DNA of 64,000 nucleotides from an uncultured Candidatus Actinomarina sp. (GCA_902521955.1 CABYTP010000002.1:55404-119403); one strand, 5' to 3'; positions 52,516-62,969 are shown, numbered from the stretch's first letter. Numbers and translations: made by a program. The notes: generated by a model from the sequence alone, not told the origin.

Positions 52516-53118
52516 TCAGTTAGCTTCCGGAATTTGATAGCCAATAGGTGAGACCTTATCCAATTCAAAAACATCTCGAGACTGAGCTTCGTAATTTAGA
52601 CCAATAGATATTTGATCCCCTTCTATTACTCTATTTCCATTTTCATCAAGCCTTGCATTCATTGTTGCTTTTTTTCCAGATTTACAAATTGTTTTTATTT
52701 CGCTCATCTCATCAGCCCAAGCTAATAAATAAACACTTCCTGGAAATGGCTCTCCTCTAAAGTCTGTTCTTAATCCATAACACAAAACTGGTATTTTTAA
52801 TTTATCGACAACTAACGTAAGTTGCAAAACTTGCTTTGGGCTTAAAAACTGTGACTCATCAACCAAAATACATGAAACTTTTTCTCTTTGGTGTTCATGA
52901 GCTGTCCATACATATAAATCATCATCAGATGTAAAAATTTCGCAATCCCTATCTAAACCAATTCGAGATGCAATTTTACCCTCTCCAAACCTGTCATCCA
53001 ATTTTGGAGTAAATAAGAGTGTACGCATATCTCTTTCTTCATAATTATGGGCTGACTGAAGAAGAGTTGTGCTCTTTCCCGCATTCATAGCAGCGTAGTA
53101 AAAATATAATTTTGCCAT
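52516..53118 (-). CDS. tdk: thymidine kinase
   Basis: [35 protein letters not shown]. Confidence 0.96.
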   Translation of the reverse strand: MAKLYFYYAAMNAGKSTTLLQSAHNYEERDMRTLLFTPKLDDRFGEGKIASRIGLDRDCEIFTSDDDLYVWTAHEHQREKVSCILVDESQFLSPKQVLQLTLVVDKLKIPVLCYGLRTDFRGEPFPGSVYLLAWADEMSEIKTICKSGKKATMNARLDENGNRVIEGDQISIGLNYEAQSRDVFELDKVSPIGYQIPEAN

Positions 53119-53150
53119 TTATTATATATTAGTAATTTATTCTTATGTTG

Positions 53151-54146
53151 CTATCGAACAGCAACTATTCTTCCCACAGTTTTTCTTGTACCAATTAATT
53201 CTAGGTATTGCACGACTTTGTCAAAAGTTATTGTTTTAAAAACTGGGTCTATTCTATTTGATGTGTAGTGATCAAATATTATATTCATACGGTCTTCTAA
53301 GTAATCTCTATCGTCATTTTCAAAGCTAATCATAAAAACTCCCATTATTGATATATTTTTAACGAGTATGTAACTAAGCAATTGTGATGGGATATTGCCA
53401 CTTGCAAAACCAACAATTAGAGCACGGCCTTCCGAAGCGAGCAATTTAATACCTTGTTCGTATGCATCTCCCCCAACCTGGTCATAAAAAACATTAACTG
53501 CTCGTTTGCCGAAATGTTTCTCCACAGTATCTTTAAGATTTTCTTTTCGATAATTAACAATCAAATCAGGATTATATTTTCGAATAGTCTCTATTTTTTC
53601 ATCCGAACCAACAGCTGCAATAACTTTTGCTCCTTCAATTTTTGCTAATTGAACTGCTGATAAACCAACACCTCCTGCTGCTGCATTTATAAGTATGATT
53701 TCATCTTTTTGGATTTGAGCCCTTCTGTGTAATGCGAAATCTGAGGTTAAATAAGACATTAATATTGCTGCTCCAACTTCATAAGATATGTCATCTGGAA
53801 GCTTATATGCTAGGTTTTCTGAAGCAACACAGAACTCACCAAAACTCCCATGCCTACCAGATCTAAATACTGTTGTTGCTGCTACCACCCTATCACCTGT
53901 TTTAAATTTACTTTTTGATGAACACTCTCTGACAATTCCAGCTACTTCAAATCCAGGAACAAATGGAATTTCGGGATTTGACTGATACATTCCACTTGAT
54001 AAAAGTAAGTCAGCAAAATTTAATGTTGCGGCTTGAGTTTCAATAATTAACTCATTTTGATTGAGCTTGGGATATTCCATGTTTGAAAACTCTAGTTCCG
54101 TGTAGGGAGCTACATTTTTTTGAACCCAAGCTTTGTATTCATTCAT
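53151..54146 (-). CDS. NADPH:quinone oxidoreductase (zeta-crystallin/MDR family)
   Basis: LNFADLL..GMYQ..P..PFVPGFEVAG, AAAGGVG, GFASGNIP. Confidence 0.88.
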   Translation of the reverse strand: MNEYKAWVQKNVAPYTELEFSNMEYPKLNQNELIIETQAATLNFADLLLSSGMYQSNPEIPFVPGFEVAGIVRECSSKSKFKTGDRVVAATTVFRSGRHGSFGEFCVASENLAYKLPDDISYEVGAAILMSYLTSDFALHRRAQIQKDEIILINAAAGGVGLSAVQLAKIEGAKVIAAVGSDEKIETIRKYNPDLIVNYRKENLKDTVEKHFGKRAVNVFYDQVGGDAYEQGIKLLASEGRALIVGFASGNIPSQLLSYILVKNISIMGVFMISFENDDRDYLEDRMNIIFDHYTSNRIDPVFKTITFDKVVQYLELIGTRKTVGRIVAVR

Positions 54147-54187
54147 ATCAATATCTTAAAAGATTTTAAAAATGCTAGCATTTACTT

Positions 54188-54568
54188 ATGGAAGTTATTT
54201 TAAAATATATTCACATTGTCGGATTATGTATTTGGCTTGGTTCAATGGTAACTTGGGCCGTATTCGCACCAAAATTAAATAAATTCGACCCATCTCGGAA
54301 TACCACCAGTGCACTTCGTGATTCTTTCAGTAAAATCTCATGGAGTTCTTATGCAATTTCTTTACTATCAGGAATAACTCTATACTTTTTAAATGAAAGT
54401 ACTACTTCTAACTGGTACATCGAAGTAGGAGTTTTAGTATCAGCTGGTATAGTTATTGCTTTTCACAGCCTTTTAACAAATGTTAGCGAAGCTGTACGTG
54501 GAGCTTTTAATGGAGTTATGTTGATTCTCGCGCTTGTGGTTGTTTACTTGGCAACAGTTTATATTTAG
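54188..54568 (+). CDS. 4-TM membrane protein, CopD/DUF4149-like
   Basis: IHIVGLCIWLGS first helix, four hydrophobic segments. Confidence 0.5.
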   Translation: MEVILKYIHIVGLCIWLGSMVTWAVFAPKLNKFDPSRNTTSALRDSFSKISWSSYAISLLSGITLYFLNESTTSNWYIEVGVLVSAGIVIAFHSLLTNVSEAVRGAFNGVMLILALVVVYLATVYI

Positions 54569-55089
54569 AAAGAACTAATTAAATCTAATTCTTTTTGAGA
54601 AATGACTCCGTAACCTCTTGCAATTATGTTTTTTGTATCTTTAGCAACTAAAAACCAATAAATTGTGTCTTCATTTGGAATATCAAGATCTTTTCTAAAC
54701 TGATCTTTATCTAAATATGCTGTGATGGTTCTGTTTCTTATTCTGTCATCTCTAATGCCAGCTCGCATTACTCCGTCTAAATACATTTCATTTAATTTTG
54801 TAGATTTTCTTATTGTTGGAACCTCAATTATATTGAGTGTTTCTCCAAGTCCGTTGTCTTCAAGTAATAATATAGATTCATCTACTAAAGACTGATGCCA
54901 TTGTTGGAAAGCAACGATAACGACTAAATTCTTATCTACAAAATCATCTGGGACAACTTTTTTTTCTTTATTTAAATTGTTACCTTGAATGGATGGAAAC
55001 TCGTTTAACTCAGGACTCATGTATACGTCTTCACTATTTTGACAACTTACTAACAAAACAAATAATAATAAACAAAGCTTAAGTCTCAC
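54565..55089 (-). CDS. lipoprotein resembling bacterial ATP10-like proteins
   Basis: Lipobox LVSC; FPSIQGNNL, AFQQWHQ, EVPTI, DGVMRAGI, TITAYLDK. Confidence 0.55.
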   Translation of the reverse strand: MRLKLCLLLFVLLVSCQNSEDVYMSPELNEFPSIQGNNLNKEKKVVPDDFVDKNLVVIVAFQQWHQSLVDESILLLEDNGLGETLNIIEVPTIRKSTKLNEMYLDGVMRAGIRDDRIRNRTITAYLDKDQFRKDLDIPNEDTIYWFLVAKDTKNIIARGYGVISQKELDLISSF

Positions 55090-55510
55090 CTAAGGCTGCC
55101 CCTAAGCTTTTTATTTGAGTATCCATTACTTTATTAAATAAAACACTTACAAATGGTGAGAGGACAAAGTAGGGAAATTTAAATTTGATGTTAACTGAAT
55201 ATGTTAGCTCAGTGCCTTTTGAGTTTGCTGACAAAAATATAGTATCGACGATTGTAAAAATGCTTGCTTTTGCTTCAAGGGAAACTCTTAATGGTGGACC
55301 CCATTCAACAACTTCATAATCATAAACTCTTGGTTTGTTATTAAAGTGAGTTTTAACTCTAAATACTGAGCCAAGCCTGAGGGGTTCTTTGGTTATTAAC
55401 TCACCATCATCACCCTCAGCCCATTTATTCAAATTACGGAAATCAGACATAAATTCATAGACAGTATTGATGTCTTCTTTAACAGTTATAGTTCTTGAGA
55501 AATTTGGCAT
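55079..55510 (-). CDS. SRPBCC/polyketide-cyclase-like protein
   Basis: VYEFMSDFRNLNKW, GSVF, GTELTYSV pattern. Confidence 0.8.
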   Translation of the reverse strand: MPNFSRTITVKEDINTVYEFMSDFRNLNKWAEGDDGELITKEPLRLGSVFRVKTHFNNKPRVYDYEVVEWGPPLRVSLEAKASIFTIVDTIFLSANSKGTELTYSVNIKFKFPYFVLSPFVSVLFNKVMDTQIKSLGAALGET

Positions 55511-55549
55511 AGGTTAATATTACGTAATAATTGAAATTGTACGAAATAT

Positions 55550-56374
55550 TTATCTTAGATTTAAAGATCTATTTCTAAACCCAATAAACCCAATAGCCAA
55601 AAATAATGCTATTTTTCCAATTACAAGAAATAAGTCCCCAGCAATTAAACCATCTTGATAGGGATTGCCATACGCACCAAAGGAAGAAATGTTGTCATCA
55701 ATCCATAAAAATAAGTCATTTGTACCTTTCAATGAATTTGCTAAATATTCAATTGCCATCAGACCTCCACCAAAAGCCCATGCCATTGATGATTTACCTG
55801 TATATGCTCCAAGTGCAAACCCTAAAACTCCAAAACTTACCCCAGCTAAAGCTCCCTGTAAAGTTGCTTTCATTAAAGGTACGTAATCGAGTGTTTGGCT
55901 AAGTTCCATGGTTGCAATTGGAATAAACATAATATTCGTCCATGCAAAGCATATAAACAAACCAAAAAATACAGCTACCAGTGATTGTGTAAGGTAAACT
56001 GTTGATCGTGTCATTGGTAAAGCTGCAACAAATTCAAAAGTTCCGTCTTCCTCCGCTTTTGAGCCAAGTTTGTTTAAAAGAATTATTGTGGCTATTCCAA
56101 TTAAAATAGGCACAAAAGGAATCATAAAATAAGTTGTTACCATTCCTTCTAAGGTAAAAACGTTATCCCAATCTGAAATTCCGAATAAGTTCATCATCGT
56201 TTCATTTTCAGACATACCTCTAAAAGCCTCTCGTTGAGTATCGATAAGTAAACTCTCTACACTTGAGTTTGCAAAAGCTAGTGGTAGTATCAATAAATAC
56301 AACCCCGGAGCAATTGTCCAGTTTAAAATAAATTTTCTTGGGACTGTCACCATATATTTTAAGTAATTAAACAT
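55550..56374 (-). CDS. ABC-2 type exporter permease
   Basis: EEDGTFEFVAALPMTRS motif, 6 TM; coupled to ATPase gene. Confidence 0.85.
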   Translation of the reverse strand: MFNYLKYMVTVPRKFILNWTIAPGLYLLILPLAFANSSVESLLIDTQREAFRGMSENETMMNLFGISDWDNVFTLEGMVTTYFMIPFVPILIGIATIILLNKLGSKAEEDGTFEFVAALPMTRSTVYLTQSLVAVFFGLFICFAWTNIMFIPIATMELSQTLDYVPLMKATLQGALAGVSFGVLGFALGAYTGKSSMAWAFGGGLMAIEYLANSLKGTNDLFLWIDDNISSFGAYGNPYQDGLIAGDLFLVIGKIALFLAIGFIGFRNRSLNLR

Positions 56375-57087
56375 TAACCCTCTCTCCTTTCATAAAATTT
56401 AAAAAAGGCATCTTCTAAATCTTCACCCTGTTCTGCAGCCTTGCTTGAAAACGTCTCATAAGATTCATCATATATTTTTGCACCGTCTCGTAAAACGGCC
56501 ATTGAGTCGGCAACTTTTTCAACCTCAGAAATAATATGTGATGATAAAAGTATTGCAGCACCATTATTTGCAAATTCTTTAATAATTTCAAAAAATGTTC
56601 TTTGATGAAAAGGGTCTAGTCCTGAAGTTGGCTCGTCTAAAATTAATGCCTTTGGCTTATGAAGTACTGCTAGTATCAATGCGACTTTTTGTCTGTTACC
56701 TTTAGATAATTCTTTAATAGTTTGATCAACTTCCAATTCAAATTTTTCTGCTAATTCCATTGCATAATCAGTTGTTTGAGCTCTCATGTCAGCACCAAGT
56801 TTAAATAATGATTTAGAATTTAAATTTTGTGGAAGTTGAGGATCTCCAGGTAAATATCCTATTATTTTCTTTGCTTCAACAGGATTTTCAATTGTATTTA
56901 TTCCATCAATTGAAAGAGAACCCTCCGAGGGGATTAAAAAACCCATAAGACTTCTCATTGTTGTTGATTTTCCAGCTCCGTTTGGTCCAAGAAGACCTTT
57001 TACTTCACCATTGTCAACGGCGAGATTGATATCTCCTACACCTTTTCCATTTTTGTATCTCATAGTGAGATTTGATATCTCAATCAT
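56374..57087 (-). CDS. ABC-2 type exporter ATP-binding protein
   Basis: GPNGAGKST, LSKGNRQK, LDEPTSGLDP, LSSH. Confidence 0.93.
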   Translation of the reverse strand: MIEISNLTMRYKNGKGVGDINLAVDNGEVKGLLGPNGAGKSTTMRSLMGFLIPSEGSLSIDGINTIENPVEAKKIIGYLPGDPQLPQNLNSKSLFKLGADMRAQTTDYAMELAEKFELEVDQTIKELSKGNRQKVALILAVLHKPKALILDEPTSGLDPFHQRTFFEIIKEFANNGAAILLSSHIISEVEKVADSMAVLRDGAKIYDESYETFSSKAAEQGEDLEDAFFKFYERREG

Positions 57088-57122
57088 AATTTTATTTTAT
57101 CTAGTTTTAGAATATTGAGATA

Positions 57123-57257
57123 CTATTCCTCTAAATTTTCATTCTTTTGTTTATTTCTAAGCCAGGTAAGTAATAACGCAGGAATTAAAAACATCAGCAT
57201 TTCATCCCAGCCACCTTGGTGGTGCATTACTGGGGGTGGAATAATCTTAATTAACAT
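57123..57257 (-). CDS. 44-aa single-TM peptide with HHQGGWDE motif (not in ORF track)
   Basis: TAATG overlap with nuoN stop; MLIKIIPPPVMHHQGGWDEMLMFLIPALLLTWLRNKQKNENLEE. Confidence 0.7.
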   Translation of the reverse strand: MLIKIIPPPVMHHQGGWDEMLMFLIPALLLTWLRNKQKNENLEE

Positions 57258-58729
57258 TACAGATAGTTTTCCACCATCCAACGAGTAATATTTACAAGCG
57301 TGTTAGGTAATAGTCCTAAATAAATAGTTAAAAATGCAAGCGTACTAATTAATAATTTATCAGAATTTTGTATTTTGATTTGCTCAATTGTATTGTCTGT
57401 TTTTTCAATTGCAGCAACCCAAATAGGTTTTAAGTAAAAGTAAAACCCGGCAACGGTAGAAAGCATCAATACTGTGACTAATATATATTTTTCATATGAC
57501 CAAAGATTTGTAATTAAAATAAATTTTGATACAAAACCGCTAGTCAATGGAAGTCCTGCAATTCCAAGCATAAATATTGAAAAAGTAATAGTTAGAAATT
57601 TATTTTCTTTAAATAATCCAGATAAATTACTAATTGCAAAATTTGAACTAAGTTGACCACTAATTATTGAAAAGATTGTAAACACACCAATAAGCTGAAT
57701 AATGTACGTTGCAAGATAAAAGATAGATGCACTAATTCCATATACTCCAAACGATATACCTGAAAGAATAAATCCAGATTGTATAACTCCACTGTAAGCT
57801 ATCAATCTCTTAAGATCTAATTGATTAGTTGCAAATAATGCACCCAATAATACTGAGAGAATTATGACAGCAGTAAAAAATAGATCGAACTTATCAATTA
57901 TAAAATTCAACGAAACAGCTGAGAGTCTAGCTAAAACAATAAATGATGAAACTTTTGCTACTGAGGCCATGTAACCCACATAACCAGTTGGAGAACCTTG
58001 GTAAACATCAGGAGCCCATGCTTGAAATGGAGCTGCCGCAACTTTAAACAACAATCCAACAATTATTAAAATTAGCCCAATAAGACTTGTCAGTGGAACA
58101 TTTTCAGGGCCAATAAAGCTTATTGCTATGCTAGTTTCATAAACACCACTTATAGATAAGGAAACATAAACCAATGCGATTCCGTAAATTAATATACAGG
58201 AGGCGAGTGACCCCAAAAGGAAATATTTTAATGATGCCTCATTACTGAGCTGATCTCCCCTGTTTAAGCCAGCAAGAGCATAGAGACTTATAGAGCCAAT
58301 TTCTAGACCTATAAATAACATAATAAAATTTTCAGAATCAACCATCAGTAAAAATCCTGAAGCTGACATTAAAATTAAAATTAAAGCTTCAGTTGTTTTG
58401 TTATCTATTTGAGAAGATGTTTTCCAAAAAGAATTAAAAGTAAACAACAAAACTAAAACTATTAACACATTACCTACTAGAGCAAATTCGTCTAAGAGAA
58501 TCTTTTCAGAAAAATAAGAAGAGACTCCATCAGAGAGAAATAAGCCAAATTTTAGAAATACAGCAAACACGGTAGACAAAATTCCAAATAAAGTAACGTA
58601 TTTTTTTACAAATGTAGGTGTGGAAATAGTAATTGTTACAAAAAGAAGTATCAGAGCTGTTGCAAGAAGAGTTAATGTTGGGCCAATAACAACAAAGTTG
58701 AATCCTAAAATATCAGAAATTCCTGTCAT
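57257..58729 (-). CDS. nuoN: NADH-quinone oxidoreductase subunit N (cluster 2)
   Basis: EASLKYFLLG, FKVAAAPFQAWAPDVYQGSP. Confidence 0.95.
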   Translation of the reverse strand: MTGISDILGFNFVVIGPTLTLLATALILLFVTITISTPTFVKKYVTLFGILSTVFAVFLKFGLFLSDGVSSYFSEKILLDEFALVGNVLIVLVLLFTFNSFWKTSSQIDNKTTEALILILMSASGFLLMVDSENFIMLFIGLEIGSISLYALAGLNRGDQLSNEASLKYFLLGSLASCILIYGIALVYVSLSISGVYETSIAISFIGPENVPLTSLIGLILIIVGLLFKVAAAPFQAWAPDVYQGSPTGYVGYMASVAKVSSFIVLARLSAVSLNFIIDKFDLFFTAVIILSVLLGALFATNQLDLKRLIAYSGVIQSGFILSGISFGVYGISASIFYLATYIIQLIGVFTIFSIISGQLSSNFAISNLSGLFKENKFLTITFSIFMLGIAGLPLTSGFVSKFILITNLWSYEKYILVTVLMLSTVAGFYFYLKPIWVAAIEKTDNTIEQIKIQNSDKLLISTLAFLTIYLGLLPNTLVNITRWMVENYL

Positions 58730-60213
58730 TTTGTACTCCTGAATAATGATATTGTTTCACTTAAATTTCCTGCTTCTTGAATAACAAAGCTCTCAATATA
58801 ACTTGGAAAAATCCCTATAAATAACATTAGTAAAACCAAAGGGAAAATAGATACCGTTTCTCTTAAATTCAAGTCTTGTAAATTTTTATTTTCTTCGTTT
58901 GATAAAGGTCCTGTAAATACTCTTTGATATGCCCACAGCATATAAATAGCAGCTAAGACAACGCCAAAAGCAGCTATTGAAGTTAACACTTTATAAGAAT
59001 TGTAGCTTCCCATCAAAATCATAAACTCTCCTACGAAACCATTCAATCCTGGTAGACCTATCGATGCAAAAGATGTGAAGAGAAAGATTGCAGCATATCT
59101 AGGCATTGTTATCTTAACTCCACCAAAAGAGCTTATATTTCTTGTATGTCTTCTTTCGTATATAAACCCAACCAACATAAATAACGCACCAGCAGTTATT
59201 CCATGATTGATCATTTGAATAATAGCTCCCTCTATACTTAAAAACTCTCCAGCTGATATACCAAGCATTACATATCCCATATGACTAATTGAGGAATATG
59301 CAATGAGTTTTTTGATATCTATTTGAGCTATCGCAACTACAGCACCATATATAATTCCAATTACAGACAACACTGCGACTAAATTTTTATATTCAAGGAA
59401 ACCTTCTGTAAAGAAAGGTATCGAAACTCTAAGAATCCCATAGGCCCCTACTTTTAATAGAATACCTGCTAATAAAATACTTCCTGCAGTTGGAGCTTCA
59501 ACGTGTGCATCCGGTAGCCATGTGTGTAGCGGAAAAATAGGAACTTTAATAAGAAAGCCAAAAGTAAATAGTAGAAATAAAGTCTTAGATTGTGAAGCAC
59601 TTATTTGAAGAGTAGAAAGTGTTTCAAAATCAACTGCTAATCTTGCATTAACTCCATAGCTAATGACAGCTGTGTAAACGGTACCTATAAAGATAAATAT
59701 TGAACCAAAGACTGTATATAAAATAAATTTAATTGTTGCATATCTTCTATTATCACCACCCCAAATTCCCATTAAAAAATACATAGGTATCAAAAGTGCT
59801 TCAAAGAAAATAAATAACGAAATTAAATCTCCGCTAATAAATACTCCATTAATTGCAAAATGTAAAGTCAGAATAGATCCAATAAAACCCTTGCTCTCAC
59901 TATGTTCTTTGCCAATAGACAATAAAGAAAGTAGCACAAGCAAAGAGCTTAATAATAAAAGCAAAGTTGACATTCCGGATATGCCAAGGTTTATTTCTAA
60001 TCCATAGACTTGAATCCACTCAAACTTTAGCAGAATTTGGAAGTCTGATTTTGAATAATCACTAAACAGGATGTACATAGATTGTGTAAACGTTATTAAG
60101 GAAAATACAATTCCAATTGGTCTAAAAAGCTCTTTTCTAGTATTTGGAATAGAAAATATTAGAAAAGCACTAAAAAGGGGTACCAATAAAAGAGCAAGTA
60201 TAATTCCAGTCAC
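58726..60213 (-). CDS. nuoM: NADH-quinone oxidoreductase subunit M (cluster 2)
   Basis: KVPIFPLHTWLPDAHVEAPTAGS, GLPGLNGFVGEF. Confidence 0.96.
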   Translation of the reverse strand: MTGIILALLLVPLFSAFLIFSIPNTRKELFRPIGIVFSLITFTQSMYILFSDYSKSDFQILLKFEWIQVYGLEINLGISGMSTLLLLLSSLLVLLSLLSIGKEHSESKGFIGSILTLHFAINGVFISGDLISLFIFFEALLIPMYFLMGIWGGDNRRYATIKFILYTVFGSIFIFIGTVYTAVISYGVNARLAVDFETLSTLQISASQSKTLFLLFTFGFLIKVPIFPLHTWLPDAHVEAPTAGSILLAGILLKVGAYGILRVSIPFFTEGFLEYKNLVAVLSVIGIIYGAVVAIAQIDIKKLIAYSSISHMGYVMLGISAGEFLSIEGAIIQMINHGITAGALFMLVGFIYERRHTRNISSFGGVKITMPRYAAIFLFTSFASIGLPGLNGFVGEFMILMGSYNSYKVLTSIAAFGVVLAAIYMLWAYQRVFTGPLSNEENKNLQDLNLRETVSIFPLVLLMLFIGIFPSYIESFVIQEAGNLSETISLFRSTK

Positions 60214-62138
60214 TGTGCCACCAAGGGTGTAAAGATGAAAAGCGATATTAACAATACTAAAAATAAGCCGAAATAAACAACATAATTTCTAACTAACCCT
60301 GTTTGCGTTGCTGAGGTAATTCTTGAAGTTTTTCCAAATGCACTAGAAATAAAATTAACAGATCCATCTATTATCAATCCATCAACAATAACAGCTACTT
60401 TTCTTGAAACGTTTTTCATCCCAGATACAAAAAATACATTTCCAAATTTATTCAAATATAGGACATTGCTTGAAAGATCTTTTACAAGGTTAATTGGGGA
60501 CTCAAGTTTAAATTTTTCTAAGTTAATCCTTTTATGTAATTCAAATCCAAATATAAGAAAAGCAATAATTAGTCCTGTAAATCCTGCTCCTATAGAGATA
60601 ACAGCTAATACAACTAGTGCTATGCCCTCAGGAAGATGAGTTACTTCAACATTCTCAAGTGTTTCATGAAGAACTTTTTCTAAACCATGAAAGAAGGGTG
60701 TATTAATAAAGCCAATAAAAATTGAGAATATTCCTAAAAGAATTAATGGCCTTGTCATAGCTTTTGGTGCCTCTTGAACTTCTGAGTGATCTATTCCATT
60801 ATCCTTTTCAAAAATTAATAACCAGTGCCTACCCATATAAAAAGCTGTAAGTAAAGCTGCACCAAGTGTCAAAGACCAAAATAAATAATACATTATAGAA
60901 AACACCAATTCGTTTTGCATACCTGCCTTAGCAAACACTGATGCAAGTATTTCGTCTTTTGACCAAAAACCAGCCAAGGGAGGAATTCCAGAAATAGCTA
61001 AAGTCCCGATTCCCATCATTCCAGCAGTAATAGGCATTCTTTTTCTTAATCCACCCATTTTTCTCATATCTTGTTCATGATGCATTGAATGAATTACTGC
61101 ACCAGCCCCGAGAAATAGGAGTGCTTTAAAAAAGGCATGTGTAACTAAGTGAAAAATTGCTGCAACGTATGCACCTGCTCCTATTGCGATAAACATAAAA
61201 CCAAGTTGTGAAATAGTTGAGTAGGCTAATACTTTCTTGATATCATATTGATTCATCGCTGAAAATGCTGCTATTAATGCAGTGAGTAAACCAAAAGAAA
61301 TTATTACAATGCTCACAGTTACAGAATGTTGAAGCATAGGAGAGATTCGTACAAGCATAAAAACTCCAGCTGTGACCATTGTCGCTGCGTGGATTAAAGC
61401 ACTTGCTGGGGTGGGTCCTTCCATAGCATCAGGTAACCAACTAAATAAGGGAAATTGAGCAGACTTTCCAAAAGCTCCTAGAAGTAAAAATAAAGAAATA
61501 GTTGTAATGGTATTCTCACTTATATTGGTTGAACTCTGCATGACTGTATGAAAATCAAAAGTATTGAATGTATTTAAAATAATCATCAATCCAATCAAAA
61601 ATCCAAAATCTCCAATTCTGTTAATAACAAATGCTTTATTGCCTGCTTTAGCAGCAGCTGGTTTTTGGGACCAAAATGATATTAATAAGTAAGAACTTAG
61701 CCCAACTAATTCCCATCCAAAAAACATAACTAAAAAGTTTGATGACATAACTAAAAGCAACATGGAAAAGACAAAGAAGTTAAAATACACAAAATAATTA
61801 CTGTGTTTTTCATCTTCCTCCATATATGAAGTTGAAAAAAGTTGAATTACAAATGAAAGACCCGTTACTAAAAGCAACATGACACCCGATAAGCCATCAA
61901 GAGTGAACCCTATTGTAATATCTGGTGTTCTAGTCCATTGGTAAAGAGTTATGCTTATAGGTTTAAATTTATCTAGTGCAAAGGTAACAAAAGCAAAAAA
62001 CGAAATCGCAAATGACAAAAGTGCGCTATTTAATGTAAAAAAGTTGGTAACTAACTCATTAAATATTCTTCTATTTAAAAATAAAAAAATAGCAGTTAGA
62101 AGTGGAAGAAATATTGGAAGTATAAATAAAAAATCCAA
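60210..62138 (-). CDS. nuoL: NADH-quinone oxidoreductase subunit L (cluster 2)
   Basis: GKSAQFPLFSWLPDAMEGPTPASALIHAATMV. Confidence 0.96.
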   Translation of the reverse strand: MDFLFILPIFLPLLTAIFLFLNRRIFNELVTNFFTLNSALLSFAISFFAFVTFALDKFKPISITLYQWTRTPDITIGFTLDGLSGVMLLLVTGLSFVIQLFSTSYMEEDEKHSNYFVYFNFFVFSMLLLVMSSNFLVMFFGWELVGLSSYLLISFWSQKPAAAKAGNKAFVINRIGDFGFLIGLMIILNTFNTFDFHTVMQSSTNISENTITTISLFLLLGAFGKSAQFPLFSWLPDAMEGPTPASALIHAATMVTAGVFMLVRISPMLQHSVTVSIVIISFGLLTALIAAFSAMNQYDIKKVLAYSTISQLGFMFIAIGAGAYVAAIFHLVTHAFFKALLFLGAGAVIHSMHHEQDMRKMGGLRKRMPITAGMMGIGTLAISGIPPLAGFWSKDEILASVFAKAGMQNELVFSIMYYLFWSLTLGAALLTAFYMGRHWLLIFEKDNGIDHSEVQEAPKAMTRPLILLGIFSIFIGFINTPFFHGLEKVLHETLENVEVTHLPEGIALVVLAVISIGAGFTGLIIAFLIFGFELHKRINLEKFKLESPINLVKDLSSNVLYLNKFGNVFFVSGMKNVSRKVAVIVDGLIIDGSVNFISSAFGKTSRITSATQTGLVRNYVVYFGLFLVLLISLFIFTPLVAQ

Positions 62139-62140
62139 AA

Positions 62141-62449
62141 CTATCCTCTTGATACATTTAATACGTCGACGGAGGCTGAGGATTGTTTTCTAAATATTGA
62201 AACAATTATTGCTAAGCCGACCACAACTTCAGCAGCTGCTACAACTAAAACAAAAAATACTGCAATTTGTCCATCTATCTGACCAAAGTGCTTGGATGCA
62301 GCAATAAAAGTTAGATTTACAGCATTTAACATTAATTCAATGCACATAAACATTATTAATGCATTTTTTCGAATCATCATGCCAAAAAATCCAATAGAAA
62401 AAAGAATTGCAGCTAGTGTTAAGTACCAATCTGTAGTGACCTCAAGCAT
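62141..62449 (-). CDS. nuoK: NADH-quinone oxidoreductase subunit K (cluster 2)
   Basis: [22 protein letters not shown]. Confidence 0.96.
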   Translation of the reverse strand: MLEVTTDWYLTLAAILFSIGFFGMMIRKNALIMFMCIELMLNAVNLTFIAASKHFGQIDGQIAVFFVLVVAAAEVVVGLAIIVSIFRKQSSASVDVLNVSRG

Positions 62450-62969
62450 CTTTATTCCTTATTTTTGAATCATATGCTAAAGCTATTGCAGCAGCGGTAG
62501 CTACAATCAACAAGATAGATATAATCTCGAAAGGGAATATCCAAGTAGTAAAGAGTGTTCCTGCAATTAACTGTGGTGTTCCCTCAACAACATATTCAAC
62601 TGCTGGAAACCAGAGGTTCCAACTAAATTCTGAATTTACCGCTACATAAGCCAATAGAGACATCAAAATTAAGAAAACTCCACTTACCAGAAAGGTTTGA
62701 CCTTTAATTGAATCTGAAGTTTGTTCTTTTTTGTCCACACCTATCATCATTATCACAAAAAGAAATAATGTCATGACTGCACCTGCGTAAACTAGCATCT
62801 GCACCATTGCTACAAATGTTGCATTTAAAGTTATATAAATTATTGCAAGAGAAACTAATGTCATGACTAAGCCCATGGCATTATGAACAGGATTTTTTGC
62901 AAAGACTACTATGAGTGCTCCGATAATCAATAAAGAAGCAGGGAGGAAAAAAATTAAGAGTTCAAACAA
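62442..62969 (-). CDS. nuoJ: NADH-quinone oxidoreductase subunit J (cluster 2)
   Basis: [27 protein letters not shown]. Confidence 0.95.
   Translation of the reverse strand: MFELLIFFLPASLLIIGALIVVFAKNPVHNAMGLVMTLVSLAIIYITLNATFVAMVQMLVYAGAVMTLFLFVIMMIGVDKKEQTSDSIKGQTFLVSGVFLILMSLLAYVAVNSEFSWNLWFPAVEYVVEGTPQLIAGTLFTTWIFPFEIISILLIVATAAAIALAYDSKIRNKDA

Noticed and set aside
54188..54568. Possible HemJ protoporphyrinogen oxidase to partner hemH
   Set aside because: Only the first-helix His/Trp pattern matches; LPRLF and NEVP HemJ motifs are absent
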